Assembly: GCA_029212505.1 (NCBI GenBank)
Contig: JARGOS010000007.1
Span: 3,107 to 67,106, forward strand
Direction of reading: 5' to 3'
DNA length: 64,000 nucleotides
Source: Legionellaceae bacterium
GTDB lineage: Bacteria > Pseudomonadota > Gammaproteobacteria > Legionellales > Legionellaceae
The translations under genes and the position numbers were made by a program. The notes below the pieces were generated by a model that saw only the letters and a program-made list of their open reading frames with translations, had not been told where the DNA came from and did no database searches. Positions within the stretch are counted from its first letter, which is position 1. Each line of letters begins with the position of its first letter. Below, in pieces: positions 8,835-20,978 of this stretch.

Positions 8835-9496
8835 AACTTGCCTGGTTGGTCGGTGATGGCGGTATAGGCAGCGCAATTGATGCTGAGCTCACCAGCATGG
8901 GATATAACGTTGTTGTGCTCAGCCGAAAGCGGGGTATTGATCTATTAAGCCATCAAGCGCTCAACCAGGTACTCACCTCAAATATTGAGTTGCCAAGCCT
9001 TGTGATCAATACCTGCGGCATGTTGCATCAACCATCCCATGGCCCCGAAAAAACCATTCAACAGCTGGATTACACGTGGCTGCTCGAGAGCATCGAGGCA
9101 AACGTTGCCATCACGATTAATTTAGCACAAGTTTTAAACCCGCACCTATCCAAGCAGCAAGCGCTGCAGTTTTGTGCTTTTTCAGCGCGCGTTTCGAGCA
9201 TTGCCGATAATCGCAAGGGCGGGTGGTATAGCTATCGCATGAGTAAAGCGATGCTGAATATGCTCATCAAAAATCTCGCCATCGAATGGCATATCAAATC
9301 ACCTTCATCACAAGTTTTTGCTTACCATCCCGGAACGGTTGATACAAAATTATCAGCACCGTTCAAGCAATACATTCCTGAAGATCAACTTTTTTCACCA
9401 CAACAAGCCGCACATTATTTTTTAAAGGTCTTGTTCGACGATACGGTTCATAAACATGGTAAACTTATTGACTGGCAGGGATTAGAAATCCCATAG
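8831..9496 (+). CDS. Short-chain dehydrogenase/reductase (SDR) family protein
   Basis: 221 aa with an N-terminal Gly-rich loop (VGDGGIGSA) and the catalytic YxxxK (YSYRMSKAMLN). It is translationally coupled to the preceding mini-ORF. Confidence 0.7.
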   Translation: MKLAWLVGDGGIGSAIDAELTSMGYNVVVLSRKRGIDLLSHQALNQVLTSNIELPSLVINTCGMLHQPSHGPEKTIQQLDYTWLLESIEANVAITINLAQVLNPHLSKQQALQFCAFSARVSSIADNRKGGWYSYRMSKAMLNMLIKNLAIEWHIKSPSSQVFAYHPGTVDTKLSAPFKQYIPEDQLFSPQQAAHYFLKVLFDDTVHKHGKLIDWQGLEIP

Positions 9497-9528
9497 ATAC
9501 CCCATCCATAAAATTACCCGAGATTTAC

Positions 9529-11382
9529 ATGAGTATTTTATCGTTCAATAAAGTCACGCTACACCTAGCCAACAACACCATTTTAAATAATGTCGATTGG
9601 CAAATTCACCCTAAAGAACGTATTGCACTCGTGGGTCGAAATGGCGCAGGAAAATCAACCCTAATTAAACTTTTGCAAGGCGAACTCACCCAAGATAGCG
9701 GGAAAATTAACAAACAAAGTGGCCTACGTGTTGCAGGGCTTATGCAAGACGTGCCCATAAGCAAGCACGAGACGGTGTACCATTTTTTAGTTCATCACCT
9801 CGGGAAATTAGGTGAGGTATTATCAGAATACCGCGCGACCTCGATTACAGGCGATTTCGATCGCATGGCCACATGCCAAGAGCAGATTGAAGCGCTGAAC
9901 GCTTGGGACATGCTTCCGCGTGTTGAAAGCATGGCAAGTCACTTAAGCTTACCGATGGATGCCTCCATGAGTAGCCTCTCGGGAGGTATGCGACGTCGCG
10001 CACTGTTAGGTGCTGCATTACTTGCCGATGCCGACTTGCTTTTACTTGATGAGCCGACCAACCATCTCGATGTTGATACGATTGAATGGCTCGAAGGTTA
10101 TCTAAATACGTATCCTGGCAGTGTTTTAGTGGTCACGCATGATCGACAATTTTTAACAAACATCGCCAACTGCATTGTCGAAATTGACCGCGGTGCGCTT
10201 TATCGCCACGCCTGTGATTATGAAACCTATCTGGATCGACAAGAAGCGAATCGCGCTACAGAGCAAACGCATAACGCGCTATTTGATAAACGCCTCAAAG
10301 AAGAAGAAGCGTGGTTACGTCAGGGGGTTAAAGCACGCCGTACGCGTAACGAGGGTCGCGTCAGGCGGCTTGAAGCCATGCGCAATGCTCACCGTGAGCG
10401 ACGCAACCAAACCGGGCAAGTCAAAAACATACAGCTTGATGTCAGCTCATCCGGAAAAATGGTGATTGAAGCAAAAAATATAAATTACGCGATCGAACAA
10501 AAACAGATTATTTCTGATTTTTCATGTGTGCTCATGCGTGGTGATAAACTCGGCATTATTGGCCCTAACGGTTGTGGAAAAACAACGCTTGTGCGTTTGC
10601 TACTGGGGGATTTAAAGCCCGAATCAGGAAGTATTCGTCTTGGAACGTCACTTAAAATAGCCTATTTCGACCAACTTCGTCGTGAACTTGATGAAACACA
10701 AACCGTCATGGCAAATGTAGGTGAAGGGCGTGACTTTGTTACCATCAACGGTCAAGAAAAACATGTAGCCTCTTATTTACGTGATTTCTTATTCGAGCCC
10801 GAGCGCTTTAATCAACCGGTTTCATCACTGTCAGGCGGCGAACGTAACCGCTTACTGCTTGCCAAGCTTTTTGCTAAACCCGTTAATTTATTGGTGATGG
10901 ATGAACCGACCAATGATCTCGATATCGAAACGCTTGAATTATTAGAGTCAATGCTGAGTGACTATCCAGGGACGTTAATTTTAATCAGTCACGATCGTAA
11001 ATTTATTAATAATATTGTCAGTAGCGTACTGGTTTTTGAGAACAACGGGCATTTTAATGAATTTTTTGGCGGGTATGATGATTATCGTCGCCACCAAAAA
11101 CAACAAGAGCATATAACAAAAACATCGCCTAAAGCTGTAACAAAAACTCAACAAAAACCCACATCGTCTTTAAGCTCAGCCGAACAACGTGAGCTTAAAC
11201 AGCTCCCTAAGCGTATCGAACAATTGGAAGCGCGTATCGAAGCGATGCACGCTGAAATGGGCGCACCAGAATTCTACACGCGGCCAGCCGATGAAATAGC
11301 AAAATTAACCGAGGTATGCAAACAAGAAGAAAGCGCGCTATCAGAAGCCTACACGCGCTGGGAGCGACTCGAAGAAGGTTGA
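9529..11382 (+). CDS. uup: ABC-F family ATPase (Uup-like) with two ABC domains and a C-terminal coiled coil
   Basis: Two Walker A motifs (GRNGAGKST, GPNGCGKTT), two LSGG signatures (LSGGMRRR, LSGGERNR), no TM domain, and a charged helical C-terminus. Confidence 0.8.
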   Translation: MSILSFNKVTLHLANNTILNNVDWQIHPKERIALVGRNGAGKSTLIKLLQGELTQDSGKINKQSGLRVAGLMQDVPISKHETVYHFLVHHLGKLGEVLSEYRATSITGDFDRMATCQEQIEALNAWDMLPRVESMASHLSLPMDASMSSLSGGMRRRALLGAALLADADLLLLDEPTNHLDVDTIEWLEGYLNTYPGSVLVVTHDRQFLTNIANCIVEIDRGALYRHACDYETYLDRQEANRATEQTHNALFDKRLKEEEAWLRQGVKARRTRNEGRVRRLEAMRNAHRERRNQTGQVKNIQLDVSSSGKMVIEAKNINYAIEQKQIISDFSCVLMRGDKLGIIGPNGCGKTTLVRLLLGDLKPESGSIRLGTSLKIAYFDQLRRELDETQTVMANVGEGRDFVTINGQEKHVASYLRDFLFEPERFNQPVSSLSGGERNRLLLAKLFAKPVNLLVMDEPTNDLDIETLELLESMLSDYPGTLILISHDRKFINNIVSSVLVFENNGHFNEFFGGYDDYRRHQKQQEHITKTSPKAVTKTQQKPTSSLSSAEQRELKQLPKRIEQLEARIEAMHAEMGAPEFYTRPADEIAKLTEVCKQEESALSEAYTRWERLEEG

Positions 11383-11816
11383 TCAATTTTCCAGCGATAT
11401 AAAGCACAAGCTAAACCCGCAACAAAGGTAACAACACAGATGATTAAATAAATAAACATGAAGTTTCGGCCACCCCACGCGGCTTGAGACGCGGCATACA
11501 TATGCGAATTGTGCATGGTTTCAATACCTCCAACGACATAAGCAAGAGGAATCACAAACAACATCACCAGGGCAAGCTCTCGCGCTCTCAAAGCAACTAA
11601 AATCAACATAATGCCGGTAATATAATTCGATACACCAAAAACACCTAAGAGCTGTAATAAATCGGACGCTTCAGGCGTGGATAAATTAAGCTTAGCGATG
11701 TGTAACGCTGCGTACTCTAATTTAAACGTATGCATGAAGCCACGAACGAGATCAAGGCATCCAAGCACAAGCGTAACCGTCGAAACAAACGCTGGGATTT
11801 TTATTTTTTTCGACAT
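11349..11816 (-). CDS. Hypothetical 4-TM membrane protein
   Basis: 155 aa with four hydrophobic helices. Its 3' end overlaps the uup 3' end by 34 nt (convergent). No family was recognised. Confidence 0.5.
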   Translation of the reverse strand: MSKKIKIPAFVSTVTLVLGCLDLVRGFMHTFKLEYAALHIAKLNLSTPEASDLLQLLGVFGVSNYITGIMLILVALRARELALVMLFVIPLAYVVGGIETMHNSHMYAASQAAWGGRNFMFIYLIICVVTFVAGLACALYRWKIDQPSSSRSQRV

Positions 11817-11871
11817 TGGGTTATCCTGTGGTTTATTTAAATCGTATGCATTTCATTTAGCATGATACAAA

Positions 11872-12336
11872 GTGAGTTATAGATCAATGCTCCGTTTTAT
11901 TTTATTCATATTTACACTCTTATCGCTCGCTATGCCAGCCTGGGCTGAGGACGTGATACTTCATCAAGCACCCTTAGGTGATAATTTTTCGTTTAACTCA
12001 CTCAAAGGAAAATGGGTATATATTAATTACTGGGCTAATTGGTGCCAACCATGCTTAGAAGAAATCGCTGCGTTTAATCAATTTTATGATGATTATAAAA
12101 ACAAAAATATTGCTGTTTTTGGTGTTAATTACGATGGGTTGCCTATCGACGAACAGCTTAAACTCATACAACAAGCGGATTTACATTACCCAAGCTTAAC
12201 GTCCGATCCAGCAGAGGTATTAAAACTTGGGGATATTCGAGCCGTTCCTGTGACGTTTATATTTAATCCAGCAGGAAAGTTACACGACGTACGTTACGGA
12301 AAACAAACCGTCACAAGCTTAAGCAACGTGCTTTAA
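11872..12336 (+). CDS. TlpA/ResA-like periplasmic thiol:disulfide oxidoreductase (thioredoxin fold)
   Basis: Signal peptide (…LSLAMPAWA) and the CxxC motif WANWCQPCLEE. The start is GTG at 11872 or ATG at 11887. Confidence 0.75.
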   Translation: MSYRSMLRFILFIFTLLSLAMPAWAEDVILHQAPLGDNFSFNSLKGKWVYINYWANWCQPCLEEIAAFNQFYDDYKNKNIAVFGVNYDGLPIDEQLKLIQQADLHYPSLTSDPAEVLKLGDIRAVPVTFIFNPAGKLHDVRYGKQTVTSLSNVL

Positions 12337-12357
12337 ATTATTATCCAATATCAAGCG

Positions 12358-12561
12358 CTATTTAGCGGTAGGCACGACCGTTGAAATAGCATGCTTATAC
12401 ACCATCTGCGTGATGCCATTTTTAAGTGTGAGTACACGTTCATCGACATGATCAATCACGCCATGTAATTTAATCCCATTGACTAAAAAAACAGACACAG
12501 GTGCCTGGCTATCATGTAACCGTTGAAGAAACGCCATTTCTAAAGCCTGTGAGTCCGACAT
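12358..12561 (-). CDS. hfq: RNA chaperone Hfq (short, 67 aa)
   Basis: Sm1/Sm2 core: [43 protein letters not shown], compared with E. coli [43 protein letters not shown]. Confidence 0.9.
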   Translation of the reverse strand: MSDSQALEMAFLQRLHDSQAPVSVFLVNGIKLHGVIDHVDERVLTLKNGITQMVYKHAISTVVPTAK

Positions 12562-12731
12562 TGCCTTCTCCTTATTATTTTATTATTGATTATTTTTCGG
12601 CAAATATTTATTGCGTTATATTTCTTTTTAAACGGCAGAGTTTAATAAAACTTTAGCTCCCAGCTTGCAAGCCAATATCTTCGTGACTACCTTAAGTATT
12701 AAGGCTTCCTATCTCGACAGGGTCCACGATC

Positions 12732-13547
12732 ATGACAAAATTTTCTGCCTGGGTATTCACTATCTTTGCGTTTGCACTGACTGGATTCCTGTTGTTGTAT
12801 ATTTTTCAGCGTACGCTTATCTACGCCCCCGCTAAAATCATACCTCAGCGCCAAGCATATCAAGCAGAAAATATGCGTGTTATTCAACTATCAACACGCG
12901 ACGGGCTTATTTTACATTCATGGTATAAACCCGCTAAAAAAAATAAACCAACTGTCATCATATTTCATGGCAATGCAGGACATATCGGTACACGCATCCC
13001 GCTTGCTCGTTATCTAATATCAAAAGGATTGGGTGTATTGTTGCTTGAATATCGAGGCTATGGAGGCAACCCCGGCAAGCCAACCGAGCAAGGTTTATAT
13101 CATGATGCGCATGCTGCCATGAAGTTTTTAAAACAAGAAGGTATCGCGCTTAAAGATACCGTACTTTATGGTGAATCACTGGGCACCGGTGTTGCTACAT
13201 ATATTGCAACGGAACATCCTCACGCTTGCGCTCTTATTTTGCAATCACCTTACACAAGCATGACTGATCTCGGTCATGAGCACTACCCTTGGATTCCTAT
13301 CGAGCCCTGGGATAAATTTGATTCGATTGGCCGTATACATAAGGTGCACATGCCTTTATTGGCACTCCATGGCACAAACGATACGGTTGTACCTTATGCA
13401 CAGGGTAGGACACTATTTGAAGCCGCAAACCAACCCAAACAATGGGTTGAGTTACCCACCGAAGGGCATAGCAATTTATGGAAACCTCGTTTTTTAAATA
13501 CAGTCACTGCGTTTATCACGTTAAACTGCAAGCCAGGTTTGGAATAA
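12732..13547 (+). CDS. Alpha/beta hydrolase with an N-terminal membrane anchor
   Basis: 271 aa with an N-terminal TM helix, HG oxyanion region (IIFHGNAGH), nucleophile elbow GESLGTG, and later D and H residues (HGTNDTVV, EGHSN). Confidence 0.7.
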   Translation: MTKFSAWVFTIFAFALTGFLLLYIFQRTLIYAPAKIIPQRQAYQAENMRVIQLSTRDGLILHSWYKPAKKNKPTVIIFHGNAGHIGTRIPLARYLISKGLGVLLLEYRGYGGNPGKPTEQGLYHDAHAAMKFLKQEGIALKDTVLYGESLGTGVATYIATEHPHACALILQSPYTSMTDLGHEHYPWIPIEPWDKFDSIGRIHKVHMPLLALHGTNDTVVPYAQGRTLFEAANQPKQWVELPTEGHSNLWKPRFLNTVTAFITLNCKPGLE

Positions 13548-14279
13548 AAGCGTCAGTGTTATGAGCAAAATACCCAATGAAAACCAATAATAATGGGTAA
13601 CTTTTGTCGCGGGCAATTCCTCTCGAAACACGTTTAATAAAATAGAGCCCGCCAAAAAAGCTAGCATGAATGCTGAAACAAGTATATTTACAGGATCAAA
13701 AAGAACCGAGCAAAACCACCCAGAGAACAAAGCACTCATCAATACAAACCGACCCCAATGCTTAAATCGGCCAGCATAAAATCGGCAAAATTTACGATCC
13801 GTTAAAACAAAATGCAAGGCCATCGCAACCGTAAACACACACATGGCCGGCATGCTTGCTTGTGCACGCAACGCCATGGTGTACGTAATTAAAAAGTTAT
13901 ACAAACAAAACATGCCTAAGTGCAAAGCATAAACCAAAGCATCATCATGCCCTGCATCAGAATATTCTTCAGCTAATAGCTCAAGGCCGTAGTAAACAAG
14001 AAAACCCAATAAAGCAACGATGTAAATAAATAATTCGGTGAACGGTGTAAGCCACAAGCTATTAATTAAAAATTCGCCAATAGGTTTATTGTATTCAACC
14101 AAGTCCGGCAACATATGTAAAAAAACATACGCAACCGCAACACCGCCAGCAAAAGAAACAAAATTTTGTCCTTGACCGGGTAAGTGACGTGCAAACCAAG
14201 GGCTTAAATAATGAAAAAACATAAGAAAAATGCTGGCAGCTAACGCAAGCCATTGATGTGACGCGTCAATCCATAACAT
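13521..14279 (-). CDS. Polytopic membrane protein with weak ZIP-like metal transporter features
   Basis: 252 aa with about 8 TM helices. Motifs FLHMLPDLVE and LNVFREELP resemble ZIP family helices only loosely. AAGGAGG lies 8 nt upstream of the ATG. The gene overlaps the hydrolase 3' end by 27 nt. Confidence 0.45.
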   Translation of the reverse strand: MLWIDASHQWLALAASIFLMFFHYLSPWFARHLPGQGQNFVSFAGGVAVAYVFLHMLPDLVEYNKPIGEFLINSLWLTPFTELFIYIVALLGFLVYYGLELLAEEYSDAGHDDALVYALHLGMFCLYNFLITYTMALRAQASMPAMCVFTVAMALHFVLTDRKFCRFYAGRFKHWGRFVLMSALFSGWFCSVLFDPVNILVSAFMLAFLAGSILLNVFREELPATKVTHYYWFSLGILLITLTLLFQTWLAV

Positions 14280-14298
14280 AACCGGCCTCCTTGTTTAA

Positions 14299-14332
14299 GC
14301 TCTCTTTGTAAGCCATGGCTTACAAAGAGAGC
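14299..14332. repeat. Perfect 34-bp palindrome GCTCTCTTTGTAAGCCATGGCTTACAAAGAGAGC
   Basis: Read directly from the sequence: a 15-bp stem around CATG. It lies 84 nt downstream of the gyrB stop and 20 nt upstream of the membrane protein start codon. Neither side has a U-tract. Confidence 0.9.
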
Positions 14333-14415
14333 CGGGTTTCACATCATGACATGCTCAACAAAAGGCGTATACTAGCTCTTAAGGGATGACAAGGATTGTC
14401 TGACAGGATGTCACC

Positions 14416-16845
<2,430 letters not shown>

Positions 16846-16950
16846 TTATGTTACGAAAAAGGGGTTCAAATCAAGCGTACATTGTAGCATGAGTGCAGCA
16901 AGGATTATACGGAGGAAGCCGCCAAGCTGGAGTGATCAAATAATAAACAG

Positions 16951-18018
16951 TTACTGTGTTTCACGTGAAACACTGCCTTTTTCTAAACGAAAAAATGAAC
17001 ACTTTTCTGATGATAAATTTGTGCGAAAAGCATCAGGTGATATCGAAGTAAAGAAAAACTGTCCTTCAATTTGCTCAATCACATCAAATAGGCGCTGAAC
17101 ATGTTCTGAATCAAGTTCGGTCGTCACATCATCAAATAAATAGGTCGCACATGACGGTAAAAATTCAGCTTGAGCAAGCTTCATTGCAATCAGTATCATT
17201 TTTTGTTGACCACGTGATAAGGTTTGTTTTGCTTTTGAGCCCGCTGTCTCAAACAAAATATCAGCTTGATGCGCACCAGAATGTGTGTATTGGCGTGCAG
17301 CATCCCGTTCATATTGCTCAACTAAAATACTCGCTAGATCTTGCCCTGTATGTTGCTTATCCCAGCCTTTTTCATAATGAATACGACAGGTGAGTGACGT
17401 AAGTTTCTCAAGTAAAATATTAAAAGCTTTGGACCAATGCTCAAAATATTCCGACCGAAAAGCATCTAAAACATAAGAAAGCTTTACCAGTTGCTCATCC
17501 CAAGGAGCTAAAGCCCGTCGATGAGTACCTTGCTTAAGTAAAGCATTGCGATGTTTGAGTACGCGACGATAATCTTTACAGGTCGTATTGTATTCAGGTT
17601 TCACGTGAAACAATCCCCAGTCCAGCAAATTTCTTCTAATTGTAGGACCGGCATCCATGATCTCAAAAATATCTTGATAAAAGATCTGACATGGCAAATA
17701 ACGCGCTAAATCACTGCTTCGACGACAAGGCTGCATATTCAACCGAACTTTTGTTGATACACGAGATTTTTGAACGCTAATCGAATCCCCCGATACCATC
17801 GCACCAAACGTGGTAAAACATTCCTGATCATATGAAACCAGCGCGGAATTTTCTCGTGTTCTAAACGAATGACCACAACCCAGCAGATAAATGGATTCAA
17901 GCAGCGACGTTTTGCCACTGCCGTTTTGGCCATAAAAAACATTGTATCTTGAGTTTAACGCAAGCCGTGCAGATGAAATATTTCGGACGTGATGAATATC
18001 GAGGCGCTCAAGGGTCAT
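16951..18018 (-). CDS. recF: DNA replication and repair protein RecF
   Basis: 355 aa with Walker A GQNGSGKTS and the signature LSRGQQK. It sits in the order dnaN-recF-gyrB and overlaps dnaN by 4 nt. Confidence 0.93.
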   Translation of the reverse strand: MTLERLDIHHVRNISSARLALNSRYNVFYGQNGSGKTSLLESIYLLGCGHSFRTRENSALVSYDQECFTTFGAMVSGDSISVQKSRVSTKVRLNMQPCRRSSDLARYLPCQIFYQDIFEIMDAGPTIRRNLLDWGLFHVKPEYNTTCKDYRRVLKHRNALLKQGTHRRALAPWDEQLVKLSYVLDAFRSEYFEHWSKAFNILLEKLTSLTCRIHYEKGWDKQHTGQDLASILVEQYERDAARQYTHSGAHQADILFETAGSKAKQTLSRGQQKMILIAMKLAQAEFLPSCATYLFDDVTTELDSEHVQRLFDVIEQIEGQFFFTSISPDAFRTNLSSEKCSFFRLEKGSVSRETQ

Positions 18019-19127
18019 ATTTTCATGGGCATGATAATATATTGATAATGCTCATTCTCAGGCGATTCGAGTAAAATACTGCTATCTGTCGTTGAAAAAG
18101 AGAGATAGACCAAACCTTCAGGAATAACAGCTAAAGCATCCAATAAATAACTTGCGTTAACGCCAATCTTGAGCTCGTCACCTTCGGTAACGGCTTCAAC
18201 AGATTCAATCGCTTCTTCTTTTTCTTGATTATTAGCAATCAAAGTTAAGAGATTCGGCTGCAGATGCAACAAGATAGCGCGTGATTTTTCATTCGCAAGA
18301 ATAATAATGCGTGAAAGCGTACGCTTTAATACATCACGATCAATATGGACTGATTTATCTTGTTTTCGTGGAATGGCTTTAATATAAGGCGGAAAACGTG
18401 CATCCACTAACTTTGAAGAAAACGTATACTGCTCCGTCACAAGCTTAACATGCCGTTCATTGGCTGATAGCGTAATATGCTCGTCAGAAATAGATTGTAA
18501 TAAGCGCAACATATCTTGAATCGCTTTACGTGGTATCAATAAGCGATGATTTTGATCGCCTACTTCAAGAGGGCAACGCGAAATAGCCATACGATGGCCA
18601 TCGGTAGCAACGGCAGTCAAACCATCTGCATTAAATTCTAAATACAAAGCATTTAAAAAAACCCGTACATCTTGTTGTGACATAGCAAAATGGGTGCATT
18701 GCAATACGCGAGCTAAAGCCGACGTAGGTAAAGTAAATTCAACATCACTGACTTCATCTTGCATATACGGATAATCATCTGCAGGCAATGTTCCCAATTT
18801 AAATAAACTACGCCCCTCTGAAATAGAAACCGTTGCATCACGACACGAAATTTTAGGTGTTGATTTATCATCCAACGAGCGAATAATATCGAGTAATTTT
18901 TTTGCAGATACCGTTGTCGACGCTTCATCAACATCAGACTGGCACGCAACACGGGCGGTCATTTCAATTTCAAGATCTGTTGCAGTTAAAATCAACTGAC
19001 CTGCATTTAAACGTAGCAAAACATGCGATAAAATCGGTAAGGCTTGTTTCCTATCCAACGCGCCAGAAACCGTTAAAAGCGGGGATAGTAAATCATTTTT
19101 TGCAATGTTTAATTCAAACATAATCAC
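18015..19127 (-). CDS. dnaN: DNA polymerase III beta sliding clamp
   Basis: 370 aa with clamp length and layout, ending in ...YIIMPMKI. It lies directly downstream of dnaA. Confidence 0.93.
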   Translation of the reverse strand: MIMFELNIAKNDLLSPLLTVSGALDRKQALPILSHVLLRLNAGQLILTATDLEIEMTARVACQSDVDEASTTVSAKKLLDIIRSLDDKSTPKISCRDATVSISEGRSLFKLGTLPADDYPYMQDEVSDVEFTLPTSALARVLQCTHFAMSQQDVRVFLNALYLEFNADGLTAVATDGHRMAISRCPLEVGDQNHRLLIPRKAIQDMLRLLQSISDEHITLSANERHVKLVTEQYTFSSKLVDARFPPYIKAIPRKQDKSVHIDRDVLKRTLSRIIILANEKSRAILLHLQPNLLTLIANNQEKEEAIESVEAVTEGDELKIGVNASYLLDALAVIPEGLVYLSFSTTDSSILLESPENEHYQYIIMPMKI

Positions 19128-19142
19128 ACCATCAAAAAAGCA

Positions 19143-20513
19143 TCAAGAAGAAAGCGTACGCATCAAGTTTTTAAAATCTTCTGAAAAATCAGAGCCCTCT
19201 TGAATGAGCTCTTTAATTTTTCGACATGCGTGAATTACGGTCGTATGATCACGACCTCCAAAGTGGTCACCAATCTCAGGTAAACTATGGTTTGTTAATT
19301 CTTTAGCTAAAGCCATCGCCATTTGACGCGGCCTTGCAATCGAACGACTACGACGCTTAGATAATATATCTGCTACTTTTACTTTATAATATTCAGCAAC
19401 CGTCTTAATAATATTATCCAATGTAACGAGTCGATCTTGAAGTGCTAATAGATCACGAAGCGCCTCGTTAACAAACTCTATCGTAATAGGTTTTCCTGTA
19501 AAATGTGCATTGGCAATCACACGACGCAATGCACCTTCTAACTCTCGAACGTTAGAACGAATACGTTTAGCAATAAAAAAAGCAACTTCGTAAGGAAGCT
19601 CAATATTTGATCTTTCCGCTTTACTCATCAAAATAGCCACACGCGTTTCCAACTCCGGTGGTTCAACCGCCACGGTTAACCCCCACCCAAAGCGTGATTT
19701 AAGTCGCTCTTCTACACCTTCTATTTCTTTAGGATAACGATCACTGGTTAAAATAATCTGTTGATGACCTTCAAGCAAAGCATTGAACGTATGAAAAAAC
19801 TCTTCTTGAGAGCGATCTTTACCTGCAAAAAATTGAATATCATCAATCAACAAAGCATTTAACGAACGATAAAAACGTTTGAATTCATTGATTGTATTGG
19901 TTTGTAAGGCTTTAACCATATCAGCAACAAAACGCTCAGAGTGAAGATAAAGCACACGAGCATCTGGGTTTTTAATCAAGATGTCATTTCCAATTGCATG
20001 CATTAAGTGGGTTTTACCTAAACCCACCCCGCCATAAATAAAAAGTGGGTTATAAGCTTCCCCCGGCTTTTCGGCAACTTGAAGCGATGCTGCGCGGGCT
20101 AATTGGTTCGAATTACCTTCAACAAACGTCGAAAAAGAAAATTTTTCATTCAAATGGCTATTTTTAAAATTGTCCACAGGGTTCTTAACTTGCTTTGCCT
20201 GAGGAGCGCGTTGAGATGAAAATGCGGATGTATGGGTGGATTCTTTAGGCTTTGCTGCAGGCAAATTTGATCCAATTTCAATACTAACAAGCTTAATTGA
20301 ATTATCACTAAATTCGCCAGCTAATTCTTGGATTCTGGGGTAGAAGTTTTTTTTGACCCACTCGACAACAAAACGATTCGGTGCGAGCAAGGTTAATGCA
20401 CCATCGGCTTGCTCGGGACTCAATTGGAGCGGTCTTAACCACGTATGGAACTGTTGGGGGGTAAATTCAGCCTCAAGTGCCCCTAAACATTTTTTCCAAA
20501 CATCTGAAACCAC
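19143..20513 (-). CDS. dnaA: Chromosomal replication initiator DnaA
   Basis: AAA+ Walker [11 protein letters not shown], Walker B LLIDDIQF, and C-terminal DNA-binding domain ([11 protein letters not shown]). The track ORF starts at the GTG at 20549. I prefer the GTG at 20513, which is preceded by GGGGAG with 6-nt spacing and gives [10 protein letters not shown], similar to the E. coli N-terminus. Confidence 0.93.
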   Translation of the reverse strand: MVSDVWKKCLGALEAEFTPQQFHTWLRPLQLSPEQADGALTLLAPNRFVVEWVKKNFYPRIQELAGEFSDNSIKLVSIEIGSNLPAAKPKESTHTSAFSSQRAPQAKQVKNPVDNFKNSHLNEKFSFSTFVEGNSNQLARAASLQVAEKPGEAYNPLFIYGGVGLGKTHLMHAIGNDILIKNPDARVLYLHSERFVADMVKALQTNTINEFKRFYRSLNALLIDDIQFFAGKDRSQEEFFHTFNALLEGHQQIILTSDRYPKEIEGVEERLKSRFGWGLTVAVEPPELETRVAILMSKAERSNIELPYEVAFFIAKRIRSNVRELEGALRRVIANAHFTGKPITIEFVNEALRDLLALQDRLVTLDNIIKTVAEYYKVKVADILSKRRSRSIARPRQMAMALAKELTNHSLPEIGDHFGGRDHTTVIHACRKIKELIQEGSDFSEDFKNLMRTLSS

Positions 20514-20863
20514 AACGTACTCCCCACCATCAAGATAATTAGCGCACACACAGACTGATAGAAATAAAATCTATTAAAAAATTAAGGGTGCGTTTGTTTT
20601 TACGAAAGCATTAGATATTGCCATTCCCCGACAGCATCGGCAAGTAAAAAAATTTTAAGAATTAAAATCTGTATTTAATTAAATATTTGCAACTAAAAAT
20701 AACATCATCTGAAAAACCCGTGAAAAAAGAAGGGGATAGAACATGAATAACCGACGTAAGCATGGCTTAGCATAAGTTATCAAGGAAAGACTCCATGCTT
20801 AAAACAAAGGTTTCACACATGATAAAAACACAGCTAACCTATTGATAAATATAGAATATAATA

Positions 20864-20940
20864 TTTTATACATAAAACTAACAGGCATTATAATAAAAAT
20901 AGGTAAAATATATACTTAATTTATTATTATAATGCCGTAC
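20864..20940 (+). repeat. oriC-region direct repeat, copy A
   Basis: TTTTATACATAAAACTAACAGGCATTATAATAAAAATAGGTAAAATATATACTTAATTTATTATTATAATGCCGTAC. It contains TATACA-N16-TATAAT (20867-20894) and a perfect 13-bp inverted repeat (20884-20896 with 20924-20936). Confidence 0.85.
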
Positions 20941-20978
20941 ATACCTTCTGCTTGATCTTGTTCTTGATCGAAGCCTCG

